Notes: generated from the letters alone by a model not told the origin. DNA of 64,000 nucleotides from an uncultured Verrucomicrobiae bacterium (GCA_963762565.1 CAVXLD010000003.1:736001-800000), one strand, 5' to 3'. Positions 18,897 to 28,418 are shown, counted from the first letter of the stretch. Program-made: numbers and translations.

Positions 18897-19274
18897 TCCT
18901 CGTCCTCGATTTGAGCGGTTGGTGCGTTGATGCGATGCGCGGCTGCCCACCGCCTGGAGGGGAGCCGCTTTGGCATTCATCTCTCCGCCCTCGCGAATTT
19001 CCTCTCAACACTAATCGGGCCGAAGCGTGCAAAAACAGGCGGCTCCCGGGAACCACCCAACGGTTTGCAACTCTACGGCCGGGTTGTAAACGAATCGGAG
19101 CCACGGGTAAATCATCACGCTGGGTTATTCGCGGGAGCCGCCTGTTGCGAGATTCTTTCGTCGGATTGAGCGCTGGAACAAATATCGCGAGGTCGCCGCG
19201 TGCATGCCAAAGCGGCTCCCCTCCGGGCGGTGGGCGATCGCACAACGCACCAACCGCTCGAAAATCGAGGACGA
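18897..19274. mobile_element. MITE-like family A copy with extended inverted flanks, inserted between paralogs 1 and 2
   Basis: GAGCGGTTGGTGCGTTG ... CAACGCACCAACCGCTC outer arms; internal sequence closely similar to copies at 54131 and 63760. Confidence 0.8.
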
Positions 19275-19380
19275 AAACCGACGGCCCGCTCCTCGCGCCC
19301 CTGCAAATTTCCTGCAATCGAAGCCCGACCTGCAGTCCTTCCAAAGGGAACGAATAATTGTTCCCCAAGGGAAAAATGTA

Positions 19381-19638
19381 ATGAATGTACTTGGCACGTC
19401 TCAGGATTTTGAAGAATTTGGCGCGCTGCTCCACTTTTCGGATGACGCGTCTGAAGAGGTATTTGGCCGAATGGCCGACGATATTTCGGCTGAAGCCGAC
19501 GACCGGTTAAGGGCGCTCGCCAGCGGAAAGCTAGGTCCTAAAGAGCGAAGTTACCTGCTCGAAGAACTAGTTGGTAGCCCCGAATTGCTTAGGCGATTGG
19601 CGGAACACCTCCGAGGTCAACTGTCGAACGAGCATTAG
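19381..19638 (+). CDS. Small anti-sigma-domain-like protein, paralog 2
   Basis: 85 aa from ATG 19381; EEVFGR and RLRALASGKLGPKERSYLLEEL..SPELLRRLA. Confidence 0.75.
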   Translation: MNVLGTSQDFEEFGALLHFSDDASEEVFGRMADDISAEADDRLRALASGKLGPKERSYLLEELVGSPELLRRLAEHLRGQLSNEH

Positions 19639-19764
19639 CGATCCAGCCCGCACTTTGTCCGGCAAGCGAATTCGTGCAACTGGGCTTTCGATCGAGCGTC
19701 TTTTCACCGGACCGCACTGGCAGTGCTACTACTAAGCGGAGTCTGAGCGGCCAAGATTAATACG

Positions 19765-19986
19765 ATGACAGAAGAACAACAATTTCGAGCCGTACTTGGT
19801 TTCCTCGGCAGATTCGGAGCCGAGGTCTCAGGCCGGATCGCGCTGGATCCCGACTTCGACGACCGGCTACGGTTATTGGCTGATGGCTCGTTCGCTCGAG
19901 ACCAAAAAGCTCTGGATGATATCATAGCCGTCACCGCCGGGGACCCGGAGGCGCTAAGCCGATTGGCGGATTATCTGCGGCGATAA
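19765..19986 (+). CDS. Small anti-sigma-domain-like protein, paralog 3
   Basis: 73 aa; QFRAVLGFLGRFGAEVSGR and RLRLLADG ... DPEALSRLADYL. Confidence 0.78.
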   Translation: MTEEQQFRAVLGFLGRFGAEVSGRIALDPDFDDRLRLLADGSFARDQKALDDIIAVTAGDPEALSRLADYLRR

Positions 19987-19991
19987 TAGGC

Positions 19992-20118
19992 CCGGGGAGG
20001 GATCGCGTCCCCGCGATCCGCTGTTATCGAAGCCCAGGACATATTGTGACCACGGACGAAAGTATGCCCTTAGGTGGTGGCAAATCCTCGCGGCGCGCGG
20101 GGACGCGCGCCCTCCCGG
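19992..20118. repeat. Palindromic repeat family C copy
   Basis: GGGAGGGATCGCGTCCCCGCGATCC ... GGGGACGCGCGCCCTCCC. Confidence 0.8.
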
Positions 20119-20173
20119 CGATGGGCCGCACTCGACGCATTACCTTAGGCTCTCATGAGTCGCAGCTTCGCGG

Positions 20174-21121
20174 CTAGTCCCCATGAACGACACTCCAGAT
20201 GGTATTCAAGGCATTTCCCTCTAGTCGGTTGTTGACGTAGCAGAAGAGGGGTTTCCCATCTTCCTGCGGGAGATCAAAAATTAGGCGGCGAGCTGAGCTC
20301 CGCGCGTCTTCGTTTACTTCACGGGTTTCCCGATAAGGGCTAAAAAGCTGAACTGCCCTTTCGTAGGGCCTTCCCCGGCGCAAAAGGAATCGGGCCACCC
20401 TGAAATCGGCGGTGAAAATTTTACGGCGTTTAAGCTGTTCGCTGACTTCCGGCATATATGCCCATTGGCTTAAAACATGAGCAACGCCATGCTTGGCCAA
20501 TACCTCCAAATAAGCATCAGTTAAGAATTTTTCGGTTCGGATTTCGACCGAATAGGGCCAACCTGGCGGCAAGGCTTGCAAGAATTTATCCAGCTGGACG
20601 AGGAATTCATCGACACCCTTGAAATCGCCGGGACGAAACTCAGCAAATTCGAAGATCAAAGATCCAATCTGCTCGCGATACGGCTCCAGCAGCCGAAGGA
20701 ACGAATTGTAAAAGAGCTCGGCATTCAGGAAATTTGGATTGAGCTGACCCCGGCGATCGCCGAAACGCAGCAGTTTAGGAAACCGTAAAAAAGTGATTTC
20801 ATCGGTGACCTTCCAGGTGAACTTAAAACTGGGCGGAACCTGACCGACGAGTTTTTCCAAATAACGTTCGTCCGGAAAGCGATAGTAGCCGGCATCGACG
20901 CAGACACTTGGGAAGTATTGGCTGTATTCGTTCAGACATTCCTGTTCGAACCTGGTTTTCGAGAACCGGGAACGGTTCTCATAGTTGGCGCGGTCGTACA
21001 GCATTCCCAGCCAGCCTTCGTATTTCCAAGAGGATGTGCCGACATAGATTTGCGCTTCTGCCAAGGCCTTCAGGCGGCTGGCCATCCGATCCCGATCGAA
21101 GGCCGCGAACAGATCAAGCAT
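20174..21121 (-). CDS. DUF72 family protein
   Basis: YVGTSSWKY, VCVDAGYY, FKFTWK, VEIR, YVNN; start at ATG 21121 because the extension runs through GTCCACT repeats. Confidence 0.88.
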   Translation of the reverse strand: MLDLFAAFDRDRMASRLKALAEAQIYVGTSSWKYEGWLGMLYDRANYENRSRFSKTRFEQECLNEYSQYFPSVCVDAGYYRFPDERYLEKLVGQVPPSFKFTWKVTDEITFLRFPKLLRFGDRRGQLNPNFLNAELFYNSFLRLLEPYREQIGSLIFEFAEFRPGDFKGVDEFLVQLDKFLQALPPGWPYSVEIRTEKFLTDAYLEVLAKHGVAHVLSQWAYMPEVSEQLKRRKIFTADFRVARFLLRRGRPYERAVQLFSPYRETREVNEDARSSARRLIFDLPQEDGKPLFCYVNNRLEGNALNTIWSVVHGD

Positions 21122-21475
21122 GGTGGTACGGTGGACAACCGGGCCAGCGCCGTCAACGAGCGGAAGTGGGGCACTAGTGGACGGAGTAGACACAGTGTGG
21201 ACGTAGTGGACATGGTGGCAGCCGGTCCTGGGTAGCCCGCAACGGAGCGTGTCCACTACGTCTACTTTGTCCACTGAGTCCACTCCGTCCACTGGCGCTG
21301 CTTACCGCTTACTGCTTACCGCTTACTGCTTACTGCTTACTGGCATGCGCACCGCTCATCGATATCTTTAGTGCAGCGAGTCCAATGCAAGGTTACACGT
21401 AACCAATATCTGGCTGATTCGTCATTCTTCGTGAATAAGCCATCTGGCTGAATCGTCATTCTCCGTGAACACGCT

Positions 21476-21736
21476 ATGAAAAAATTGGTTCTAATTCTTG
21501 GGCTGGTATTCGCCGTAAACCTGGTTGCGCAGGTGCCTGCGAAAGCAGGTTGGTGGATCGGTTTCCCCATACCTTTGCCAGTTCCGGTACCCGTCTGGTA
21601 CGGTCCGGGTCCGGGTTGGGTGGGGCCAGGTTACTACGCTGGCGGCTATTATTGGGGACCCGGTGGCTATCGTTACTACGGGCATCCTTACTGGCGTGGC
21701 CGGTACTGGGCGCATGGCCGCTGGTACTGGAGGTAA
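21476..21736 (+). CDS. Small secreted Gly/Tyr/Trp/Pro-rich protein
   Basis: Signal peptide MKKLVLILG...AKA then GYY/GYW/GRYW repeats. Confidence 0.78.
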   Translation: MKKLVLILGLVFAVNLVAQVPAKAGWWIGFPIPLPVPVPVWYGPGPGWVGPGYYAGGYYWGPGGYRYYGHPYWRGRYWAHGRWYWR

Positions 21737-21744
21737 GGGGCAGT

Positions 21745-21988
21745 CCGGGAGGGATCGCTGCCTGTCCGACATAGCCGTTCGTTGCGCGCTTCCTCTTCCC
21801 AGGGCTGGCGACGTCGGATCCTCGCGATCCGGATTGTTACCGAGGCCGAGGACGTGTTCTGATCGCGGACAAAATACACCTTAGGGTTGTGGCACGTCTT
21901 CGCGGCGCGCGGGGATCTGACGTCGCCCCGTTGGGAGAAAAATCGATCGGATGCCTTAGGCTATGTCGGACAGGCAGCGCGCCCTCCC
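21745..21988. repeat. Palindromic repeat family C variant
   Basis: GGGAGGGATCGCTGCCTGTCCGACATAGCC ... GGCTATGTCGGACAGGCAGCGCGCCCTCCC. Confidence 0.8.
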
Positions 21989-22072
21989 TGGTTTCGCACG
22001 CTGCGACTACGCCGGCTTCAATACTCCGTTACTCCATTACTCCAGCGCTTCGCCACTCCAACGCTCCTTCCC

Positions 22073-22885
22073 TCACAGCGTCTGAGCCAAAAACCCGCCG
22101 TCGACTCGTAGATCGATTCCGGTGACAAAGCCACTGGCTGCTGAGCTGGCCAAAAAGATGACCGCTCCGGCCAACTCGTCTGGCTCACCAAACCGTTTCA
22201 TCGGGGTGTGATTCATGATCGCCTGACCTCTCTCGGTCGGTGTACCGTTTTCATTGAAAAGTAGACGCCGATTTTGTTCGCCCGGGAAAAATCCGGGCGT
22301 AACGGAGTTTACTCGCACACCATACGGAGCCCATTCACGAGCCAGGAATTGCGTCATGTTAACCAGGGCCGCCTTGGCTGCCGCGTACGCGACCACCCGC
22401 GACAAAGGAATATGGGCCGCGATACTAGCGATATTGATGATACTTCCATGGCCAGCCGCTTGCATAGCGGCTCCAAATTCCTGACAAGGTAGAAAAGCTC
22501 CCGCGGTCAAATTGAGATCAAAACTGGCGCGCCAATCTTCTGCTGGAATCTGTTCGAAGGGCAGATCTTTGGTCACAGTGACCTTAGGATCGTTTCCTCC
22601 CGCGGCGTTTACCAGTATGGTCGGCGCGCCCCATTGATCGATAATCTTTTCTTTTGCGGCCTTTAACGAATTTCGGTCCGACGCGTCCGCGAGAAAAAAA
22701 TCTGCCGTGCCGCCATTCTCTCGGATTGCTCTAACCCTGGCTTGACCGCGTTCCGTGTTCCGCCCAAGCACAGCCACGCTGGCGCCAGCTCCGGCTAAGG
22801 CTTGGCTCATGGCTCCGCCGAGAACGCCCGTCGCCCCGATAACCACTCCCACCTGGCCGGTAAGATCAAACAAATCCTTTTTCAT
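22073..22885 (-). CDS. SDR oxidoreductase (gluconate 5-/mannonate dehydrogenase-like)
   Basis: GATGVLG, NAAGGN, YAAAK, PGFFP. Confidence 0.88.
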   Translation of the reverse strand: MKKDLFDLTGQVGVVIGATGVLGGAMSQALAGAGASVAVLGRNTERGQARVRAIRENGGTADFFLADASDRNSLKAAKEKIIDQWGAPTILVNAAGGNDPKVTVTKDLPFEQIPAEDWRASFDLNLTAGAFLPCQEFGAAMQAAGHGSIINIASIAAHIPLSRVVAYAAAKAALVNMTQFLAREWAPYGVRVNSVTPGFFPGEQNRRLLFNENGTPTERGQAIMNHTPMKRFGEPDELAGAVIFLASSAASGFVTGIDLRVDGGFLAQTL

Positions 22886-22947
22886 GCTCCTTCAGTGGAT
22901 CACGTTCGCAGGCAAGAAGCTAGCGAGGGAACGAGCCTTGCCCCAAC

Positions 22948-23155
22948 TCGTGCTCGAAGCCCCTCGCGATCGTTCTCGTTCTCGTCGTCGTCCGCGTCCT
23001 CGAGCATTCCCAGCGCGTTCCCGCTTCCCGGGATGGTTACCTACCCAGCGCGATAGAATCATCAGTTGTTCCGCGCACTGGGCTAGGTACAGCGCATCGA
23101 ATCGAGGACGAGGACGACGACGAGAACGAGGACGATTGTCGGGGGCTTTGCGCAC
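22948..23155. repeat. Repeat family F copy between divergent SDR genes
   Basis: ATCGTTCTCGTTCTCGTCGTCGTCC ... GGACGACGACGAGAACGAGGACGAT. Confidence 0.78.
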
Positions 23156-23263
23156 GAGCACGATTTTATGAGCGGTCTTCGGTTTCGGCACCTTTCTATT
23201 TGCCAAAACCCGGTAAGCGGTTAGAGGCTTTCGCAGCGGAAGGACTTCAATCTACAAACGCTT

Positions 23264-24031
23264 ATGAAACTCGAAGGAAAAACGGTGGTCATCACCGGGG
23301 GAGGCCAGGGTATTGGCCAAGGGATCGCTTATCGGCTAGCCGATGAAGGTGCAGGTATCGTTATCGACTATGTTGGGAACCCGCAACCGGCGAAGGAGAC
23401 CGTCGCTAAGATTCAGGAAAAAGGCCGCAAAGGATTAGCCGTGGAGGCCGACATTTCATCGGTCGACCAGATTCATGGCCTGATGAAGCAAGCGATCGAC
23501 TACTTTGGCGCCGTGGACGTGCTGATCAACAACGCTGGCGTGGAAAAGCATGCTTCGATCTGGGAAGCGTCCGAGCGCGATTATGATCTGGTTTTGGGGA
23601 TCAATTTGAAAGGCGCCTACTTTGCCAGCCAGGCCTTTGTTCAGCACCGCATGGCAGTGAAAAAGCCGGGCAAAATCATCAACGTTAGCTCGGTGCACGA
23701 AGATCTGCCGTTTCCGCATTTCACTTCCTATTGCGCCAGCAAAGGCGGAATGAAAATGATGATGCGCAATCTATCGATCGAACTAGCGCCTTACGGAATT
23801 ACCGTCAATAACATCGCTCCGGGCGCGATCGAGACGCCGATTAATACCGCCCTCCTAAATGATCCGCCTAAGCTGAAGGCGCTGCTGGACAACATTCCGC
23901 TCGGCCGGCTAGGGCAGGTCGGCGACGTCGCAGGTGTGGCAGCTTTTCTGGCCTCGTCGGACGCAGATTATATTACCGGCACCACCATTGTCATCGACGG
24001 CGGCCTAACCTGGAACTATAGCGAGCAATGA
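23264..24031 (+). CDS. gdh: Glucose 1-dehydrogenase-like SDR
   Basis: TGGGQGIG, INNAG, SSVHE..PFP, YCASKGG, PGAIETPIN. Confidence 0.85.
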   Translation: MKLEGKTVVITGGGQGIGQGIAYRLADEGAGIVIDYVGNPQPAKETVAKIQEKGRKGLAVEADISSVDQIHGLMKQAIDYFGAVDVLINNAGVEKHASIWEASERDYDLVLGINLKGAYFASQAFVQHRMAVKKPGKIINVSSVHEDLPFPHFTSYCASKGGMKMMMRNLSIELAPYGITVNNIAPGAIETPINTALLNDPPKLKALLDNIPLGRLGQVGDVAGVAAFLASSDADYITGTTIVIDGGLTWNYSEQ

Positions 24032-24098
24032 CAAAGGTTGCCGAGGCCCCAGTCGGTATCGGCTATCGGCTATCGGCTATTGGCTATTCGCGAAGCGC

Positions 24099-24491
24099 AT
24101 GGATCTCATCAGTCCGCATCCCTCGCAACAAACGGCGGATTTATTGGCTTCATTTCTTTCCGGTAAAGGAATGAAGATTTTTGCGCGGATCGATCAAGCG
24201 GCCGAGGCTGCGGCCGTTGGGATGACGCTGCGGCCCACCATCCTGCTTCTGTTTGGGAACCCAAAGGCGGGAACGCCGTTGATGGAACAATACCCAGAGC
24301 TCGCTCTGGAACTTCCTCTGAAAGCGTTGATTTGGGAAGAGGCCGGTAAAGTCCATGTGACCTTCACCGGTCCGGACGAATTGCGTGAACGGTATCACTT
24401 ACCCTTCACGCCATTCGAGGCGTTACCGGGGCTGCTCAAGAGCGCGCTGGGGGTGGCGGCTGCGCCGCGAGAGGTGATTGGTGATTGGTGA
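24099..24491 (+). CDS. DUF302 family protein
   Basis: IFARIDQ, LLFGNPKAGTPLM, LELPLKALIWE. Confidence 0.85.
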   Translation: MDLISPHPSQQTADLLASFLSGKGMKIFARIDQAAEAAAVGMTLRPTILLLFGNPKAGTPLMEQYPELALELPLKALIWEEAGKVHVTFTGPDELRERYHLPFTPFEALPGLLKSALGVAAAPREVIGDW

Positions 24492-24500
24492 GAAGTGATT

Positions 24501-24768
24501 GGTTGTCCCGTAGGGACTAGCAGATCGTAACCTCGCAATTTATTGCCAGGAGGAATCCGCCACCGGAATCGTCCCGGAGGGTACGGTCTGAGTGTTTAAC
24601 CTTAGCGGCTTCGTTCGCTGCGCCTTTAGTCATTTCGTGGCTGCGAATGTTTGGTGACAAATCCGGACTCATGCCGCGAATCACACCGTACCCTACGGGA
24701 CGGATCTTCGGACGCCTTTCCCTGGCAACAAATTGCAGGCTACGATCACTAGTCCCTACGGGACAACC
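24501..24768. repeat. REP-like palindromic element family E (GTCCCGTAGGGAC ... GTCCCTACGGGAC)
   Basis: Inverted arms with internal hairpin CCGTACCCTACGGGACGG; flanked by GGTGATT/AATCACC arrays; relatives at 46167-46395 and 62477-62672. Confidence 0.8.
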
Positions 24769-24810
24769 AATCACCAATCACTATTCACCAATCACTTCTC
24801 ACAGCCCAGC

Positions 24811-26205
24811 TCAAATCTCCCACGTTAGCGCTGTCTCGGCCCGCTCGAGGGAAACAAGCTGAGGACGCGTAGCGTGGCGAACTGCGTGCATGCCGCCCAT
24901 CACGTTACTCAGGCGCTCGAACCCTTCGGCTTCCAGTAGACTTGCTGCGATTGAACTTCGGTAGCCGCTCCCGCACAGAATGACCAGGGGCGCGTTGTGG
25001 GCAAAGCTACCCGACCGCTGTGAAAGTCGCGGCAACGGGATGTTCACAGAGCCTTCCACATGGTCCTGGGTCCATTCCGGGACCGACCTGACATCGAGCA
25101 CCATCGGTCGTTGACCGCTTTCCAATCGCTCAACAAAATCTCGAGCGCCAATCTGCGTAATCTGCAGGGTTTCGCCTAAATCATCTGCGGGAACAAAACC
25201 CAGGATCTGATCAAACCCGATCCTAGACAGTTCAAGCCGGGCGCGTTTTACCTCCGATTCATAGTCTGCCACTAATAAGATTGGCAGGTCTGGGCTAACA
25301 AAAAAGCCGCACCAAACGGCGAAAGAAGGACTGGCGATCCCAATATTCAAACTGCCGGCAACATGCGCATCACCAAACAAAGCCGGGGCCCGTAGATCCA
25401 GGACCGTAGCGCCCTCCTGTCTTAATGCGTCGAATTCGGATATTTCCAGGCGCTTGACTTCAGCAAGCTCGGAAAAGGGTGGGGCGCCGTGCAGATTAAT
25501 CGTTACCGAACGGCTGAAATAAGGAGGACGATCCGGCAAGTTGTTAATCATGGCATCGACGAATTGCTGTTGGTCGTTGAACTGGAGAGCCCAGTTGGTT
25601 GCCATCTCTGCGCCGATGGTAGTGAATGGCGCCGATGAAATCTGGCGGCCGCACAAGGACCCAGCGCCGTGTGCAGGATAAACCTTCACATCAGCCGGAA
25701 GCTTTAACAGTTTGTTGAAGAGCGAATCGTAAAGCAAAGTGGCGAGCTCAGTCGCGGGAAGCTCGCGATCGCGTAGATCGGGCCGGCCAACATCGCCCGA
25801 GAACAGCGTGTCGCCTGTGAACACCGCGATCGCACGGCCGTCTTCGGATACGCAAAGGCAGACGCTATCCGGTGAGTGACCGGGCGTGGCCAAAACCGCG
25901 ATCTCAAGCGAACCCACATGGAAACGGTCACCTTCTTTGAGATCCTGATGCGGGAACGTCGCAGGCGCTTTTTCCGAGATAAAAATCGGCGCCCCGGTCC
26001 GCGCCGCCAATTCTGCGTGCCCAGCCACGAAATCTGCATGCGGATGCGTTAGAAAGATGCCTTTCAGTGACAACTTATTCTGGGCCAGATAGTCCAAGTA
26101 ACCATCCACCCTCCGCTCCGGATCAATGACAATCGCTTCGTTGTGCGACGTCACAACGTAAGACGCATGCGCCAGTCCAGAAACAAAGAATCGTTCAACG
26201 TGCAT
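24811..26205 (-). CDS. MBL-fold hydrolase with rhodanese domains (persulfide dioxygenase/sulfurtransferase type)
   Basis: THPHADF, TPGHS, TGDTLF.GDVGRPDL, PAHGAGSLCG, CGSGYRS. Confidence 0.9.
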   Translation of the reverse strand: MHVERFFVSGLAHASYVVTSHNEAIVIDPERRVDGYLDYLAQNKLSLKGIFLTHPHADFVAGHAELAARTGAPIFISEKAPATFPHQDLKEGDRFHVGSLEIAVLATPGHSPDSVCLCVSEDGRAIAVFTGDTLFSGDVGRPDLRDRELPATELATLLYDSLFNKLLKLPADVKVYPAHGAGSLCGRQISSAPFTTIGAEMATNWALQFNDQQQFVDAMINNLPDRPPYFSRSVTINLHGAPPFSELAEVKRLEISEFDALRQEGATVLDLRAPALFGDAHVAGSLNIGIASPSFAVWCGFFVSPDLPILLVADYESEVKRARLELSRIGFDQILGFVPADDLGETLQITQIGARDFVERLESGQRPMVLDVRSVPEWTQDHVEGSVNIPLPRLSQRSGSFAHNAPLVILCGSGYRSSIAASLLEAEGFERLSNVMGGMHAVRHATRPQLVSLERAETALTWEI

Positions 26206-26484
26206 ACTCTAAAGGTGAGAAGTGAGAGGTGAGAGGTGAGAAGTGATCGGTTGGAGAGCTTCAAAGGACACACGAGCGGCAGACTTTGGCGACCCAGTCA
26301 CATCCATAACCTCGAATATGCCTTATATGCCTCAGATGCGCCATACGGCGCAAGAACCGATCAGCCCCCATCGGTCATATAGGTCCTATCGGTCCCATAA
26401 GTCCTATCCATGCCAACCCGAGCGACACCACCAACTGGTAAACGACCCACCCCGCAACGGCTAAACCCCCCGAAACCCCAAACT

Positions 26485-26754
26485 CTACGGACGCCTTCGC
26501 GGTGGATCAACCGTGGGAAAACTCTGGATCCGTCGTTTTGGTGAGATCACCTTCAAACAACGGAAGAAGAGATAAAAGCCGCCGAAAAGAAACGCCAGGA
26601 TGATAAACAGCAGCAAGAAAGTCCGGGGTGTACTCGTTTCACCGTACATGAGGCCAGCGGCCACACTGGCTGTTCCCAAACAGAAGATGCTACCTATCCC
26701 ATTTGCTAGCAGTAGCCCACACTTGCGAAGAAAACTAAGATAGACCGAAGCCAA
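26485..26754 (-). CDS. Hypothetical small membrane protein
   Basis: Two hydrophobic segments; fills an intergenic gap. Confidence 0.45.
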   Translation of the reverse strand: MASVYLSFLRKCGLLLANGIGSIFCLGTASVAAGLMYGETSTPRTFLLLFIILAFLFGGFYLFFRCLKVISPKRRIQSFPTVDPPRRRP

Positions 26755-26940
26755 TTTTCACTAATAATACGGCGTTAACAGATGGGTAGCAACCGGTGGT
26801 TCACAGGCAGCTCCGGAGGAGCGAAATCTTTATAGGACTATTGGTGTCTTCTTCAGACCGTCTCCAGGTTTTCCGTTTTCCAGATACAGATGCCTGGTTA
26901 GGCTAATCCGGTTCGTAACCAACATTCCCCTTCGCTAGCG

Positions 26941-27813
26941 ATGAAAAACATGCGTAACACCCCGATCTCAGTCAAAGCCGGCCATCTTGAATTCCTGAAA
27001 CTAAATACCAAACGATATGACTGGCGCGATGCCTATCACTACATCTTGACGTTAACCTGGCCGCAGTTCGCGGCCTTGATCCTCGGCATCTATGTCTTGG
27101 TCAACCTCGTATTTGCGGTTTTGTATTGGGCCGGCCCAAAAAGCGTCGCCGAGTTACCTCCCGGGTCACTCACCGACGCTTTCTTCTTCAGTGTTGAGAC
27201 CTTGGCGACGGTCGGTTATGGCCATATGTATCCAGACAGCCTATACGGTCACATCATCGCCACAGTCGAGATCATGATCGGTATGTTCGGTATGGCAGTC
27301 GTCACCGGCTTGATTTTTGTAAGATTTTCGCGGCCAACCGCCCGGATCCTTTTCAGCAAGTTTGCCGTGATTGGGCCGTTTGACGGTGTACCCACATTGA
27401 TGCTCCGGGTCGCAAACCTCCGGCATCACGCCATGGTGGAAGCCGAGTTTCGAGTGATATTGGTGCGAAGCGAGCCGACAAAAGAAGATCCCGATGTCCG
27501 CCGGTTTCATACTTTGAAACTCGATTTCGATCGGCTCATTGCCTTTCCCGCTGCCTTAACGATCCGCCACCAGATTACCGAACAGAGCCCCCTCTATGGA
27601 ATGACCGCGGAGGACCTAAAAAAGAGCGACAGCCGCATCCTGGCATCCATTGTGTGCGTCGACACCGTGATCCCGGCCCCGATCCAAAGCCAGATTGACT
27701 ACCCTCATGATGAGATTCTATGGAACCGCCGGTTCGTCGAGATCTACGCCGAGCACGGCGACGGCCGGTTCTCCGTTGACTACGGCCGATTTCACGACAC
27801 AGAAGAAGCGTGA
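26941..27813 (+). CDS. Inward-rectifier potassium channel (KirBac type)
   Basis: FFFSVETLATVGYG filter, RFSRP, PTLMLRVAN. Confidence 0.93.
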   Translation: MKNMRNTPISVKAGHLEFLKLNTKRYDWRDAYHYILTLTWPQFAALILGIYVLVNLVFAVLYWAGPKSVAELPPGSLTDAFFFSVETLATVGYGHMYPDSLYGHIIATVEIMIGMFGMAVVTGLIFVRFSRPTARILFSKFAVIGPFDGVPTLMLRVANLRHHAMVEAEFRVILVRSEPTKEDPDVRRFHTLKLDFDRLIAFPAALTIRHQITEQSPLYGMTAEDLKKSDSRILASIVCVDTVIPAPIQSQIDYPHDEILWNRRFVEIYAEHGDGRFSVDYGRFHDTEEA

Positions 27814-27859
27814 GGGGGTTGCGGTTAGCAGTTAGCAGTTAGCAGTCGCCACTTCGTCC

Positions 27860-27920
27860 TATAAGTCCCATTGGTCCTATAGAGCCTGTCGCGCCGTAGG
27901 CTTGGCGAAGGCGGATCCCA
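27860..27920. repeat. Repeat family H (GTCGCGCCGTAGGCTTGGCGAAGGCGGATCCCA)
   Basis: Near-identical copies at 29169-29202 and 30680-30713, each preceded by TATAAGTCCCAT-like units. Confidence 0.82.
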
Positions 27921-28009
27921 TTTGTGCCACCCCGAGCAACGCCCACCAACCGACAAACGAACCATCACCCGGCGTCTAACCGCTAACCGCTAACCGCTCA
28001 CCCCAAACC

Positions 28010-28246
28010 ATGACACCACTCATCTGGGGACAGGGCATCGAGCCCGAGGCAGTCAACCAAATGCTCGAAGCTTGCCGGTTACCGGTCTCACTAGCCGGCG
28101 CACTAATGCCGGATGCACATATCGGCTACGGCTTACCGATCGGCGGTGTGTTAGCCACCGATAACAGCGTGATCCCGTACGGCGTCGGGGTGGATATCGC
28201 CTGCCGGATGAAGATGTGTCCCACCGGCGACCGAGCCGAAGACTGA
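28010..28246 (+). pseudogene. rtcB: Truncated RtcB-family RNA ligase fragment
   Basis: MPDAHIGYGLPIGGV and GVGVDIACRM, then a stop after 78 aa; no continuation nearby. Confidence 0.82.
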
Positions 28247-28418
28247 GCGGGGGGGCAGACGTTGGGTGGTGGCCAGCTCGGTGGTTGGCGGCGGTCGCTA
28301 GTGATGGCACAGACAGGCCTCTATGGGACTAATGGGACTTATATGACACGGCGTTGACAGCCGTACTCGCTAACTGCAAATGGCAAACTGGTAACAGCAA
28401 ACCTCGACCCCCTCGACT

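Noticed and set aside
18889..19434. Overlapping 140-180 aa ORFs as a possible transposase
   Set aside because: They are translations of the GC-rich palindromic family A element with no DDE or HUH motifs.
21122..21292. N-terminal extension of the DUF72 ORF
   Set aside because: Encoded by GTCCACT-type repeats; the same applies to extensions of the GAF (17700-17789), ECF (30694-30822) and narK (38975-39282) ORFs.
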